A DNA stretch of 64,000 nt from Stegostoma tigrinum (GCF_030684315.1 NC_081367.1:62249414-62313413); one strand, 5' to 3'. Shown: positions 1-13,374, counted from the first letter of the stretch. Numbers and translations: made by a program. The notes: a model not told the origin generated them from the sequence alone.

Positions 1-483
1 AGGGGCTGTTCCTGTTCTGTACTATGCTCTATGTTCTATATTCTCTGATAACCCTGGAACCATTTACTTTATATACATGGAACAAAGCCTATGTGTTATA
101 ATGAGGCGAGGAATCCTTTGTCTATCTGTTCCATCTTTTCATCACACCTCCTTCCATGAATGACACGTTTTCTTCCCGATCACATTTTTCCATCTGTCAA
201 CACTCATTGTCAGTGCATTTGGTGGAGTGTCTGTGAACTGTTCAGCTCCTTTGCTCAGCTACCTCCATCACAATCACCACCTAATGCTGGAAATACCATC
301 ACACACTTCTCTGCTTGTAAATTGCTATCCTGCCAATGAACATAGCACATCATGACTGTGTTCTAACCAGTTGAATAATTAACAGTAACAATTGTGCCAC
401 GAAGGCTGGAATGGTCCAGTCAATATTAGTGAAAACCTTCACTTTTTCATTCTTGATTGATCTGTTTGCTTCTGTGTTTGCCT

Positions 484-797
484 GGCATGGTGGCACAGTG
501 ATTAGCACTACTGCCTCTCAGCATGACAGACCTGGGTTCAATTCCACATTTGGGCAGCTACCTCTGGGATGTTTGCACATTCTCCCTGTGTAGGTTTGCT
601 CTGGGTGCTCTGCTTTCCTCCCACAGTCCAAAAGATATGCAGGCTAGGTGGATTGGCCATGCTAAGTTGCCTGTAGTGTTCAGGAATGTGTAGATTATGT
701 GGGTTACAGGGTGATGGGTTTGGGTGGATGCAGTCAGCGTCAGTGTGCATTTGTTGGGCCGAAGGAACTCTTTTCACACTCGAGGGATCCTATGGTA
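484..797 (+). mobile_element. HE1-like V-SINE
   Basis: tRNA-derived head (ggtggcacagtg..agcactactgcctc, ggttcaattcc), V-domain tggattggccatgctaagttgc, CR1-like tail. Confidence 0.85.
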
Positions 798-799
798 AT

Positions 800-3500
800 C
801 CAGGAGACTTCTGACTTCAAGCAATTCTCCTTCATTTGTAAACCTTTTTCTGAGGCTGATCCTCCAGCAATTCGTTCATTAATGCAAGTGTATCTGTATC
901 TGTGCATTTCAGGGTTCCAGACATCCGGTATCTTATTCCAAACAATGATTTTGAAACCTGCAACCATTTGAAATTCAGTTCTGTTAGCATTGGATAGTTC
1001 CATGTTCTCAACCCTTCTCTTGCTGTCATCTTGGACACCATCTTGAATGCATCGCTTAGTCTAGTGTGATACTTGGCTATCCATTCATTGAACTGAGCAT
1101 CACTAGCAAATGGTATAGGGAACACAAGAAAATGCCCACATAAAAGACCTGGTCTTATCCAAAGAAGAGGTAGTCTGTAGAATAGCCCATGGATTCGTGT
1201 GCAGTGCTCATATAAGTAGCAACAGCTCTGGAAGGTACTCAGATGTGTTTGTTTACTTGCATGAGTCATTCACAACCTCTATTTCCAGATGGGTTTTAAA
1301 TGCTGATACAGTTTTTGTCAATGCCATAGACCTTGCAAGGCTCCTGTAGAATCTTGCTCTTAGCCTTGTGTACCAGCTCACTATGACTCTGACATGGAGC
1401 ACCAAAACAGACAAACTAAACATGCATTAAAAATTTTGTTACAGTTGAGGCCGTTTGCTCGAGAATGGGAGTGACCAGCATTAACTTGAAGAAATCTGTG
1501 CATATGAGAATGTATTTGGTGAAGAGGGATAGCATGTTGGGGGGATGCCACTTTCCAACTTTGGTGAAAGTACACCTCTGACAATTGTGCGAGTGCTCAT
1601 CAATATCAGTAGACACCCCAGGACTGTAACTCTGCTCTCTGATTAGGGTAGTCAACTTTTCTGTTGCTTGATATTCTGCTTGATCTGAAATCCCACTAAG
1701 GCTTTTCACATGAAGCTGTTGGGAAGGACAAGTTACATTTATTTGACATTGATACCATGGGCATTTCTTACTTCACTGTCACTGTGATCAGGTCATGAAC
1801 TGCCAAATGTCTCAGGCAATTCAAAGGGTGATGAAGAACGGACAGGGAGAGCCTGGTGTAGCAAAGCTAGAGAATGCCTGATTCCTTTGAAGCAGACACT
1901 TGAATGAAGGAAGAAACATCAATCATTTTGCGATTCTGAGATTGATACATATTGGAAAGCCTAGTATTGGTTTGCAGATCTGCATGGGTGGCAGTAAGGC
2001 AAAGTGCTTCCACCTTGCATAATTTTGTGCTCATTGCAGAGCAAGACTCAATCACATTCCACAAGACTGGGCCTCTTCTTGAAGAAGCCTTCACAATCCC
2101 AAACACACCCACACCTCCCATTATCAGAATCAATCTGTCTGCCAATCGGTGGCCCAACTAGTTAAACTTATGGTAAGAAAGGAAGACCATGGAATTGGAT
2201 GGGTTTTCTGTCCCTCACTCTTTCTGTTGTGTGATCCTTTAGTCCTCAGTTCCTTGCTGATCTGTTTTAAGGATTTGGTTGATCAACTTCACCAGCTCCA
2301 GGGACACGGGAACCAGATATTTTGTTTAGCCTGCTTGTATTCACAAAACATCTGCTGCTACAATGTCATTTTACTGAAGCTTCCAAAAATCCATGTTCGT
2401 CACTTCACTTGCTCTCTGCATACTTTTGTGAAGGTTTATTCCCAATATTGTCCAACAGATCTTCTGTCGTGAATGCTTGTTCACTTGAATTGTCATTTCT
2501 TTGATAAGCCAGATATATGCTTCATTTAAAGCCTTCATTAGTTGTTTCTGGTCTTCTCACTAATCCGTCTACCTTCTTACTCATTGGCAAATAGGATATC
2601 TGACTAGAGATGCCGCTTCCTTCTTCCATAATGCCAAGGAAACACATATGGGGAGCTGCAGCGTCCATTTGTCCTGATGTTAAAACTCCCTTCAGCAGTA
2701 TATGAGTTGTCAGTGATCCTTCAGCAGCTTTAGCCTCCATCATTGCCTGTTCTAACTCTTTCATCATCTCTCCACTTGTAGTCAAATGTCTTACAGCTAT
2801 GCCAATTATGACTTGATGCTGCTGCTGTGGAACCTGGCTGACTACATCAGAAATGGAACAAGAGATTTGAATACATGGAAGAATGAAAGATCATGTGGCA
2901 TGATTCTCCACTGCATTGACATCAGATAATTACAAATGAGAAGCAAAATTAAGAAAGAACAAGGAACTATCTATAATACTTGCAAGGAGCAAAGCCCATG
3001 CATTTTGTTGGGATGAGCAACCATTTTCTAAATGGTCTCCCTTCACATTCATTGTCTTTTCACCACTTTTCTTCACAGAATAAATTAATTAATTTCTCCA
3101 GCTGCCCTCTGTTACCATTGGCACTTGCTACTGGAGGACCTGATCGACGGCTCATCTTCCTTGTTTGGTATGCTTCATTACCAAGACCATGTGCTGCTGC
3201 ATCTCCCATTACAAAAATGCTATCAGATTGTTCACTTATTATTCTCATACATCAAAATCCAAGCGAAATTTTACAAAGAGCATACTTCTATTACCAGTCC
3301 ATAAATTCAGGTCTCTCATATGGTAATAGTAGTAATCTAATCCTCTTGCCACACCTTTGTAGATTTATGGTAAACGGAAGATAATCCATTCAAGAGAGTC
3401 TTCTTTTCCCTATGGAAGGACAAAGAGAGAATGTTATATATCTGGCCATCAGATCTATTTGACTATCCAGTTGTTGTCAGCTTGTCAGGGATAATATCAT
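800..3500 (-). mobile_element. Highly decayed Ty3/Gypsy LTR retrotransposon internal region (integrase clear; RT/RNase H and gag weak)
   Basis: Minus-strand frames give integrase-like HNCQRC, KYILICTDFFK...EQTASTV, FGAPCQSHSE...CKVYGIDK, YLPELL/STAHESMGYS.YLFFG and EWIAKYHTRLSDAF, broken by many stops and frameshifts. Confidence 0.65.
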
Positions 3501-3689
3501 TGTCCATATGGTGTTTCTACCTCAGATGAGGTAACAGCCATAAATTTGGTCTAGTGGCAAACATAACGACGCACACAAAAGTACAACAATAAATGGTAAT
3601 TTTAATGTGCTGCCAGAACAGAGACAATCTCTTATGTCTTTCAAAATTTAATAAATTATTACAATATGGTAAGTTATATTTTATAAGAA

Positions 3690-4200
3690 CTGGTCCTATG
3701 GCTCATGATGTTGTGCCAATCATAACAATTTAAATTGATCTCTTTTGCCGGCCCTTGGTCGATATCCCTCCATTCTTTGCACATTCATGTGCTTATCTAA
3801 ACATCCCTTAAATAATTCTATTGTATCTGTCTCCTCCACCATGCCTGCAGTGTCTTCCAATCTCCTGCCCCTCTCTCTGCAAAACCAAATCTCCTTTGAA
3901 CTTTCCCACTCTCACCTTCAATGCATGCCCTTAGTGTAAGACATTTTAACACTGAGATTTTTTTTAACAAGATTCTAACTGTCAACCCTTTCTATGTATC
4001 TCGTAATTTTATTGACTTCTATCAAGTCTCCACACAGCCTCCGCCGCTCCAGAGAAAGCAACCCAGTTTTCCTAGCCTCTCCTTATAGTTCATAAGTTGT
4101 AAGCTAGGCAGCATTCTGGTAAACCTCTCCTGTACCCTTTTCAAATCCACCAAATCATTCCTGCACCGTGGCAATCAGAATTGAATGCAATAATCTAAAT
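3690..4200 (-). mobile_element. CR1 LINE 3' fragment
   Basis: Reverse complement of the CR1 ORF2 C-terminus/3' UTR (ggcagcattctggtaaacctctcctgtaccc). Confidence 0.75.
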
Positions 4201-4542
4201 ACATGTTATGAGCCTATATGTGTTTTAAAAACTTCATATCATTTATATAATTTGCTTATTTCCTTTTTATCTTGAAGATAGACATTATTTGAGTCGTGAA
4301 GATTATTTTCTTTCTGTCAATTTTTGGAGGATTAATTGAGCATTTCGTGACAATATTTTGTATCTGTTCTTCTCCAACCAGGAGGGCTCATTTTGTAGAT
4401 CAACAGTAGAGATTAAATACCTGCATTGCACATGATAGTATGTTAGGAAGGAATTCTGATCATCTGTGAACCTGTCTCAATTCACTGGGTTAAAATCAAC
4501 AATATGCTGATGAATGTCATATTCCCAGATCTGTTAGTATTC

Positions 4543-4620
4543 TTGGAGAAGGACCTTACTCTAATGGGAGTTGTGCAAATGTTTCAAAGTTTCAACCATG
4601 GCTGAGGAACAATTAATGTA
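4543..4620 (+). pseudogene. Orphan fragment of a V2R exon 3 3' end
   Basis: ggagaaggaccttactctaatgggagttgtgcaaatgtttcaaagtttcaaccatgg = [19 protein letters not shown], matching the exon 3 ends of genes A and B; splice donor is damaged. Confidence 0.75.
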
Positions 4621-5077
4621 GTCTGAAGACAATGTTTACATATAGATAGACCCTGTTAGAATTCACCTTTGAATATTTAAAATTAACGTATGAACTAGAA
4701 ACCACAGCCATGATTGGCTATTTTTCAGACATTTTTAAATGTGAAAAGGTTTGCTCACCAATTCTAATGTAGCTGGTCTTGATCGACCCAGAATGGAAAT
4801 CCTGCAAAATACTTTATTTGTATGTAGTTCAAGAGCAGAATGACTTTACACATAACTGATGTATTTCAAAAATGACAAAAAGAATGAGCAAAGTTTGAGG
4901 ATGAATTATTAATGTGACAAATTTTAAGTGAATTAATTAATCAATGCTTGAACAAAGTCATACAAATCTATGCATACTGAAAAGTATTGGAATAGGTTTG
5001 ATTTTTGAAAAATTTTCAGAGAGCAATGGATCCATTGATTTGATGTGAAATGACATCATTGTTGATGTTCATCTTGG

Positions 5078-5390
5078 TGGCATGAAGGCACAGTGGTTAA
5101 CATTGCTGCCTCACAGCACCAGGTAGCCAGAATCCATTCCAGCCTCCGGTAACTGTCTGTGTGAAGTTTGCAAATTCTCACAGTGTCTGCATGGGTTTCT
5201 GCCTGATGCTCTGGTTTCATCCCATGGTCCAAACATGTGCAGCTTAGATGGATTGGCCCATGCTAAATTGCCTGTAGTGTTCAGGGAGGTTAGTTGGGTT
5301 GTAGAGAGATGGGTCTCAATGGGATGCTCTAAGGTTCAGTGTGGGCTTGTTGGGCTGAAGGGCATGCTTCCATGCTGTAGGGATTCTATG
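5078..5390 (+). mobile_element. HE1-like V-SINE
   Basis: Same head, V-domain and tail as 484-797. Confidence 0.85.
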
Positions 5391-5639
5391 AAAAAAAACT
5401 TGTGCCACAGAAATGCCAATCAATGGCTATCTCCAAAAAGAGAGGATGTAATCATGCAATCATCCAATCCCTGCCATCTGGGAACAGGCCCTTCGTCTCA
5501 ACAAGTCCACACTGACCCATTCCCCTTGAAACCCCCTAATCTCGACATCCTTTTAACACTATGGGCAATTTGCAACATTTCATGAAAGCTAATTGGGGAT
5601 GGGCAATAAATGCTGACTTGTGCAATGACACCCACATCT

Positions 5640-6800
5640 CTTTCACTTGCATACCAAACAGTCGATATATCATGCAATTGAAAGAACTAAGTAAGCCACA
5701 TTGACTGGATCACACAATGATATTTTGTTTTGCCACATAACCAGTCAATAATTGAACAACTGAAAGGGGGAGGACTCCCCAAGTACTCCCATCCACAATG
5801 ATAGAAGTGTTCAGCACAATACTGCGTAAGAAAGGGAATTTAAAAGCTTCCTCAAACTGCCCAATTGTTGCCTCATCAGTGCAATCCTTAGCATTAGCAA
5901 AAGGAGTGAAAGTCTTATCGAAAGTGTTATCAACTGGAATTTCATCAGAAATAATCTCCTCAGGGATCTTGGGTTTAGGTTTCACCAGAGCCTCTCAACT
6001 CCTGCCTTCATTGCAACCTTGGTATAAACATGGACTCAAGATTTATGCTGCATATGTGAGGTGAATGTGAATACTCTTGATATCAAGGTAAGAACTGTCC
6101 ATGTCTAACAAAATTACAGTCAATGTGAATCAGGAGGGAATGTCTCCTTGGTTGAAGTTTTCTGTAACACAAGTGAAGACAATTGCAATGTTGGGTATCA
6201 ATCTTCCCAATGCTAGGAGATCAGTGCAGAAATCACACAGGGTCGTGACCCAGGCCTTTTTCATTTCCACCAACTTTATCATTCACCATTTCTCCATTGG
6301 AGTCCCGACGTGAGAGTATTCCCTGATGATTCCATAATGTACAGCACCATCCACAACTCATCAGACAGAAACACGTCAAGTTGAAATACAGCAAGAAATC
6401 TGGGCAACATGAAGACTTGCGCTGATAAGTGACAAGTAACATTGATGGCACATCAGTCCAAGAAAACTGCCATCTCTGTCAAGAAGCAATCCAGTCAGTT
6501 TTCTTCCACAGTGCTGAAACTATCCTCCACAATTGATAGCTTGAAGCATACCGTTGACCAAAGACCAAAATGATCTGGACATGTCAGTCATGTGACCACA
6601 CAAGCAGGCCAAAGGCTTGTAGTTGTATTAAAAAACTCACGTCTTCTGGGAAACAGCTGTCCACTAGCTACCAGCCATAAATGTGGAGTGCAATGTCATA
6701 TTTTCAACTTCTCTGGATGATTGCAGCTCCAGGAACAATCAAACATTTTGCTGAGGACCAATGCCAAGACAAAACAGCTTTCTTGAATTCAGTTGACAAG
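5640..6800 (+). mobile_element. Degenerate CR1/L2-clade LINE RT fragment
   Basis: Decayed NYRPISLLSI(S)K, FGF and GVPQGSVLGP-like segments on the + strand. Confidence 0.65.
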
Positions 6801-8043
6801 AATAAACCTGGAAGCAATTTGGAATAATTCCTGGCATGTGAAGTCTCTATTTGTAAGCTGTAACAGAGTTACAATGACTTGTAGTGGGTTGGAAACAGTG
6901 CAGACTTCAGACCTACAGGCGTAAAGCTGAATGATATACCATAGCTGATGAGGTTCCTTTCACCAGCACTGATTGATTGGTCAATAAAGTCAGTTTGACT
7001 GATGTATTGTTACCATTATGGGAACTTTCAAAAAGTGGCAGCACTTGAATATGTTTATTTGCAGGCAGCCCCTACATTTCATCAGGTGAAATCTTTAACA
7101 AGTAGCAATAAGCAATTTTCGATGGCTGTTGGGTGTCATTGAAGTGAGCCTATCCCTGAGCCCAGGAGGCTTTATTTCAAGTCTCATCTACTCTGTATTA
7201 ACATTTCTGCACAGGGTGACTAGAAAATTTCAAAGTCAGCACTCAACTAAAGATCTTAAATTGATCCAGATTCTTCAGCAATTGCTGCCTCATAATCAAG
7301 TCATGGCTTATGGTGAATGGCACTGGCATTCAATGATGATGTTTTGTTGCATCCAGGAGGCAGGTCAGGCCTGAAAGTTGATTCCTGTCGTGAGACATGT
7401 TATTCACAAAACCTTTGCATAATATCTGCTTTAAAAAGCTTGCTAACCTGCCTGCAGATGTTTGAAACCTTTTGTCCTTCTAAGTAAATTGGAATAGGGT
7501 CGGCGGTTTTCAAACCCAGAAGCGGTGGCTTTTGGCACATTTGTGATATGAACAATGGTTTGAACCAAATTAACTTTGCCACACAAAATATGAGGGCAGC
7601 TGAAGAGAGAGGAAGACACTGTTCTCATCGTTAGCAAATGCAGTTTCTTAATCCTGCTGGGGAAAAAGGAAAATCCACTTCCAAGTGTTTGACTGGAAGC
7701 CCACTTTAGAGGATTCATGGACCTGTGCATTTCGGAATTGTGGGAGGGATTCCATGCAGTCTTGGGCAAATATACGAACTCTGCTCAAACCGTGGCCCAA
7801 AGCTGAAATCGAACCTGAGTACCTTGGCGCTGTGGGGCAGCAGAGCTAAACATTATGCCGCCTCAATTGGGTTGAGGGTACACAGGTGATTACGTTTGCA
7901 ATTATTTCCTTCATGGTTCTCAAAATGCCTGAAGTGATGATGTGTTTTCTTAAGTGACTCGCCTAGTAATTTGTTGATGTTCATCAGAGCTTGAAATCGA
8001 TTTGGCACTCATAAAGGACATTTTTAAGGAAATAGCTAGAGCT

Positions 8044-8053
8044 TATATTTTAA
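8044..8053 (+). promoter_or_regulatory. Candidate TATA box of gene A (paralogous TATATA at 30533 for gene B)
   Basis: TATATTTTAA about 50 nt upstream of the ATG; same position in both paralogs. Confidence 0.4.
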
Positions 8054-8095
8054 AAAAATTGCAACCGACTAGCAGATTTTCTTACCCAGTCAAAG

Positions 8096-8310
8096 ATGCA
8101 TTGTTGGTTCTTTTTAGTTGTGAATTTTGCTGTTGCAAAGGCATTGTCCAGTAATGAGCAGGCTTGCAAACTTTTGGGGAGGTTTGAGTTACTGGGCCTG
8201 TCGAAGAATGGCGATGTTATGTTGGGCGGAATTTTTGACATGCATTCTTATCAAGTTGAGCATCGGCAACTCTCGTTCAGCAGTCACCAAGAGGCGGCAA
8301 AATGCGTCAG
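8096..8310 (+). CDS. V2R gene A exon 1 (signal peptide, GDVMLGGIF motif)
   Basis: ATG at 8096; MHCWFFLVVNFAVAKA signal-like start; KNGDVMLGGIFDMH class C motif; donor AG|GTTAGT at 8311; 215 nt, phase 2. Confidence 0.9.
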
Positions 8311-8842
8311 GTTAGTGGGTGCTATTCGATATTTTATTTCATTGAGTAATCAGCTGCTCTCACGCTGAACTAATTTGCGAATTTCAGATTTAATTTTAAA
8401 AATCGTTAAATTCATTTTTGTGGTCCGTCCCAAAGTGCTTTATAATCAATCATATAGTTTTGCAATTTAGTCAATGTTGTAACATTGATAATGCGGTAAT
8501 ATGTGCAGCGCAAGCTCCCACAATCAGTCTGAGCATTTTGAAATGAGGAATAATTATCGGTGAAGGCATTATGAAAGTTCTCCTGCGCTTCTTCGAAATA
8601 CTTCTATTGGATCGAGGAAGGAAGGTCGGGAATCCCCTTCACCTCGTATTTGAAACTAAGCGCATTGTCAAGTCAGTTTAATGTCAGTTAAGATTTTGCA
8701 CTCAGCGACTGCGTTGGAGCAAACATCCACCAATTCCCCGTTCAGAGACTGAATTATAGCTAATAATATAACTTGGATATAACTGTCCTCGTTTTTATTT
8801 CCGATTTTTAAAAAAAATCTTGTCTTTTTACCTTCTCTGCAG

Positions 8843-9134
8843 CTTTCGATTCGGTCATTTCCGTTGGGCACTGGCGATGATTTTTGCAATTGAGGAAATA
8901 AATAACGATACGGCTCTGCTACCCGGTGTCACTCTGGGATACCGCATTTACGATTCTTGCAAGTTGACCCAGTTATCGCTGAAAGCAGCTATGTCGTTTC
9001 TGAACATACCCGAGGAAAGCTCATCCTCTAATAATTGCAAAAGCTCCTCCACTGTTTCTGCGATTGTCGCTGATTCTGGATCCACGAGGTCTTTAGCAAT
9101 AGCACCTTCTATGGGTACCTTCAGGATCCCAATG
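8843..9134 (+). CDS. V2R gene A exon 2
   Basis: Acceptor ctctgcag; FRWALAMIFAIEEINNDTALLPGVTLGYRIYDSC...IPM; donor ATG|GTAAGA; 292 nt. Confidence 0.93.
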
Positions 9135-10131
9135 GTAAGATATGGCTTTTAATAACTCGGTGAGACAATATGAGTAAATTTGGATCAATAGTATACGATA
9201 CGGTGTCATATGCGTCAGTTAAACCATCAACTACGTTATTTTTTGTAATGTCTGTTGTTGATCGAGAGAGATGAAACTCCTCTTCGGAATGTTCACTCGG
9301 GGTGGCGAGACAGTCCAGGAAAATTACTGATTACTCCTTGGTTCTGCATTGCTATAGGTTTGTAAAGTTTTTATTCCTCTTCCTCTAAAGTAGTTTTTCG
9401 AAAGTCTCATTTCAGAAATCTGATGATAAACAGTGGTAAATTATGAGAAAGGAAACGTTCAAAAATGGTTGCAAAAATTGGCTTTTTTCATTTTTATTGT
9501 TTTCTGGGAGTCAGGCTGTGTTGGCAAAACCAATATTTGTTTCCAGTCATCAGTTACCCTTGAGCTCAGTGCTCCCTCGATCATCTGCGAACCAGGTTTA
9601 GAGTGAATCACTCAGATTCTGATTTACAGCATCCACAGATCTTTCCGGTTTTGTTAGAATGAATAACATAACGTGAAATAAAGGCAGAAACTGCCGGAAA
9701 GTCTCACTGTGTATGACGGGATTTGTGGACAGAAATTAGAGTTAATGTTCTGGGTCTAGTGGCCTTTCTTGAGAACATTGCGTGGAATCACATGCAGGAA
9801 AGATATCCGAGAAGAAGACGGAAAGTTTTGATTTCGTACAATCATAGCTAAATGGTTACCGTTACTGAGGCTATCATGATATTTCGAGAGTATTCCTTGA
9901 ATTTAATCGCCACTGGTTGCCATGGTGACAGGCAGCTGGCACATCTACACTGCGCCTTCACCCTTTGTCCGTACGAAGAGACCCTAAATAATTCAACTAA
10001 CGACTTTATCAGAGTTTTACGCAAATTTTAATCAACCTGTCTATTGATGCTATCACACTGTGCGGGCAAGAAGAATGGGCGCCTGGTCCATAGGGCAGGA
10101 TAATACCATTGCACCACAAGAGTCCTGCGTT

Positions 10132-10163
10132 CTGAGGAAGGGTCACTGGACCTGAAACGTTAG
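10132..10163 (+). ncRNA. Minimal hammerhead ribozyme motif (second Penelope family) in gene A intron 2
   Basis: CTGAGGA-A-GGGTCACTGGACCT-GAAAC-GTT-AG: CUGAnGA and GAAA cores, GGUC/GACC stem II. Confidence 0.55.
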
Positions 10164-10932
10164 CTCTGAACTTTTTCTTCACAGATGCTGCCAGACCTGC
10201 TGAACTTTTCCAGCAACTTCTGTTTTTGTTCAAGAGCTCTGCAACATTTTCCTTTCGGACACGTTTGGGTCAAATTTTTGATGTATTCTTATCATGAACC
10301 ACGGTAATTTCATTTACGAGTGATTTAGTTCAACTGTGACGTACCTTCCTTAAACGCAATAGCGCTAGCTTTTCAAAATTTTGTCTGTAACGACATTTGT
10401 CTTTCTCGTGTTTAAACTGAGACTTTAACCCATTTATTGACGAAATGACTCTCGTGATTTCAGGGATTTTTATTTCATCATTTGCTGTTGATTTTACAAC
10501 AGGTCATGTAGAACTAGTCACATGTCCGACGCATTGCTCGTCTTTTGCCTCCATTGATCTCAACGTGAGGGGACAAAGATAGATCAATAATGGATCCTCT
10601 AAACATCATTGCACACTGTTAGAATTCTCATCAGGTCATTTGTAGAGAGAGAGACGGAGTAAGCGAATTTTGGTAGACGTTTTTCATATGCGTGCTTCCA
10701 GGACAAGGTGGATCAAGAAAGTGCAATGCTGAGGATGAACTTTGGGAGTAAATATTTGAATGGGACGCTTAGAATTTATTTATTTAGTTGTATATTCTGC
10801 GTTAAAGAAAGGCCACTCCGGTCAGCACGACGCGAGTTGGAATCTTTGCACTTCTGCACGAATAGTTTTGATTTGATATCATGAACAACCACAGATCATT
10901 ATCGAACACTTTTTTTGCTTTATTTTTGACAG

Positions 10933-11766
10933 GTTAGTTACTTTGCAACGTGTGCCTGCCTGAGCAATAGAAAGGAATATCCGTCATTTTTTCGAACAAT
11001 ACCGAGTGATTACTATCAGGCTAAAGCATTAGCACAGCTCGTGAAACGTTTCGGATGGACTTGGATTGGGACAGTTAAGAGCGATGATGACTATGGGAAT
11101 TTTGGAATGCAAGCGTTTGAAGAGGCAGTCCAACAATTAGGCGTTTGTATAGCCTTTTCCGAGTCATTTCATATGACACACGCTCGAGAGAAGTTACTGA
11201 AAACCATTGACACCATAAAAACCTCTTCTACAAAAGTTGTCGTTGCCTTTGTGGGAAAATTATACATGCGTACTCTACTAAAAGAAATGTTTAAGCAAAA
11301 TGTCAGCGGCATACAATGGATTGGAACCGAATCGTGGGTATCCGCATTGCTTCTTCCTCCAGAGGAAAGTAAAATGATTGCTTCTGGTACAATTGGAGTT
11401 GCAATTCCCAAAGTCGGTATACCAGGGTTGAGGGAGTTCCTCTTGAAAGTTCACCCATCTTTGTATCCAGGAAACCTCTTGGTGAAGGAGTTTTGGGAAA
11501 GTTGTTTCGGCTGCACTCTACGTGGTAGAAACAAAACAGACTCTCGACAAACTGATTCAGATGTTAAGGAATGTACTGGAAAAGAAAGTTTACAGAATAT
11601 CCAGAATGAATTTACAGATGTGTTCCAATACAGAGCCAGTTACAACGTTTACAAAGCAACTTATGCTATCGCTCATGCACTTCACAATTTGGCGTCATGT
11701 AAAACTGGGGAAGGACCTTTTTCCAATGGCAGTTGTGCAAATGTTTCAAATTTTCAATCATGGCAG
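10933..11766 (+). CDS. V2R gene A exon 3 (Venus flytrap core)
   Basis: Acceptor tttgacag; [29 protein letters not shown]...FGWTWIG...DDDYG...WIGTESW...[15 protein letters not shown]...WQ; donor CAG|GTGAGG; 834 nt. Confidence 0.95.
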
Positions 11767-11876
11767 GTGAGGGACACCGCGTAGTTTGATTACTATGTTC
11801 ACATATATATCCAATTTGTTCGCATTCATAATTGAATATTTTCAATTAATGTAAACGTATTCTGACTTTTTTTTAG

Positions 11877-12104
11877 TTACTATATTACATGAGAACAGTG
11901 AACTTCGTAACCAAGATTGGCGAAAAGATTTATTTTGACGAAAACGGGGACCCTGTCCCAATATATGACATTGTCAACTGGCAACCAAATGCCCTCGGTG
12001 GCATTGATATTGTAAATGTTGGGCACTATGATGGGTCAGCTCGTTCTGGAGAAGAATTTTTGATAACAGAAGGCACGATTTTTTGGAGTGGCGATCAGAA
12101 GTCG
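11877..12104 (+). CDS. V2R gene A exon 4
   Basis: Acceptor tttttag; LLYYMRTVNF...FDENGDP..YDIVNWQ; donor TCG|GTAAGA; 228 nt. Confidence 0.93.
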
Positions 12105-12329
12105 GTAAGATTAGCGAAGAACTGTCCTTTTTTAAAAACCGCCTGATTTTTCAATTTCTATTTCCTTTCTCAGAAATGTAAAAGCGAACTCACGGCTGTT
12201 GTGTTAAATCGTTGTTGTACGCGACACTGCCCATTTCCTGATGTGGAGTAACGACGTTGAATGCAGTGCTGAAAGTATGAAAAAAGAAGTAAGATCTAAA
12301 CATTCTGAAAAGTGGTTGCAGAGGTTTGA

Positions 12330-13120
12330 AGGGATAAAGTCAGGGAGCAGTGGATCCATTAGTTTGATGTTGAGAGACATTATGGTTCATATTCTTGTTG
12401 GTCAGAAACACATTTGTGCCATACAAGTACTAAGCAATTACTGCATTCAAAAAGAGAGGATGTAATCACCTCATCTCTCCTTGATATTCAACAGCATCAC
12501 TGAATCCCAGAGTATCAACATCCCACGGGGCCCTTTTTACAAGAAGCTTAACTGGCTCATCATATCGGTTCTGTGGCTACAACAGCAGATCAAATGGTAG
12601 GAAACCTGCACAACATAACTCTCCTCTGCACTCTCCAACAACATAACCAACACCGACAGGTGCACGTCAAGACCGTGATAGAATTCTCCCACATCCCTGG
12701 ATGCGTGTAATTCCAATAACACTGAAGACACTTTTCACCATCTAGAAAAAGGCATTACACTTGATTGGTACCACATCCACACACATTCATTTCCACCACG
12801 ACAGATGCTCAGTAGCAGCACCTGCAAGGTACACTGCAGTGACTCAACAATCCATCTCCGGCAGGACCTTCCCAAAATATTCCTGCTTCCATCTAGGAGA
12901 ACATTGGCAACAAATACAGGGGAACACCACTACATGCAACTCACCATCGCAGCCACTCACCGTATGGAGTTGAAAATATGTCTCAGTTCCTCCCTCATGA
13001 TAATATGGCCATGGCTAAAGCAACTGCCTTTCAGCAGGTCAAGCAAGCAGCTCAAAGGCAACTAGGGATGACGATAAATGTTGGGCTGGCCAACAATGAA
13101 TCCATCATTTGAATGAATTA
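12330..13120 (+). mobile_element. Old LINE (L2/CR1 clade) 3' fragment in intron 4; paralogous copy 35740-36975
   Basis: Decayed ORF2 end and aaggcaactagggatg..ataaatgttgggctggcc tail. Confidence 0.65.
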
Positions 13121-13258
13121 AGAAAAAGTTTTTTTTTTAATTTCTGAATCTGATTTTCCTTTGAGCCGTTGAGATTACATCCAATTTTATTTCATTGTTT
13201 TCCTATTTTTTTCAATAATAAATGAAGATACTCCAAAGTCACATCATGAATATTTTTA

Positions 13259-13374
13259 TATAATAAAATGTGAGGCTGGATGAACACAGCAGGCCAAGCA
13301 GCATCTCAGGAGCACAAAAGCTGACGTTTCGGGCCTAGACCCTTCATCAGAGAGCATCTGCAGTTCCCATTATC
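13259..13374 (-). mobile_element. Short Penelope pLTR-derived insertion with a 15-bp TSD
   Basis: TSD TCATGAATATTTTTA at 13244-13258 and 13375-13389; absent from the gene B intron. Confidence 0.85.
13321..13350 (-). ncRNA. Minimal type I hammerhead ribozyme motif
   Basis: Reverse complement reads CTGATGAAGGGTCTAGGCCCGAAACGTCAG. Confidence 0.7.

Noticed and set aside
3200-3450. Minus-strand LEWIIFRL*IYKGVARGLDY..HMRDL resembles a plant receptor-kinase subdomain (possible HGT)
   Set aside because: No convincing DFG/APE/VAIK motifs and many stops. It lies directly upstream of the Gypsy pol on the same strand, so a decayed gag or a chance match is more parsimonious.
5710-5985. Minus-strand 91-aa ORF as a novel protein
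   Set aside because: Antisense to a decayed LINE RT on the + strand
7860-8095. Upstream sequence shared by A and B (E-box CAGGTG etc.) as a conserved enhancer
   Set aside because: The whole region is recently duplicated, so similarity does not demonstrate constraint
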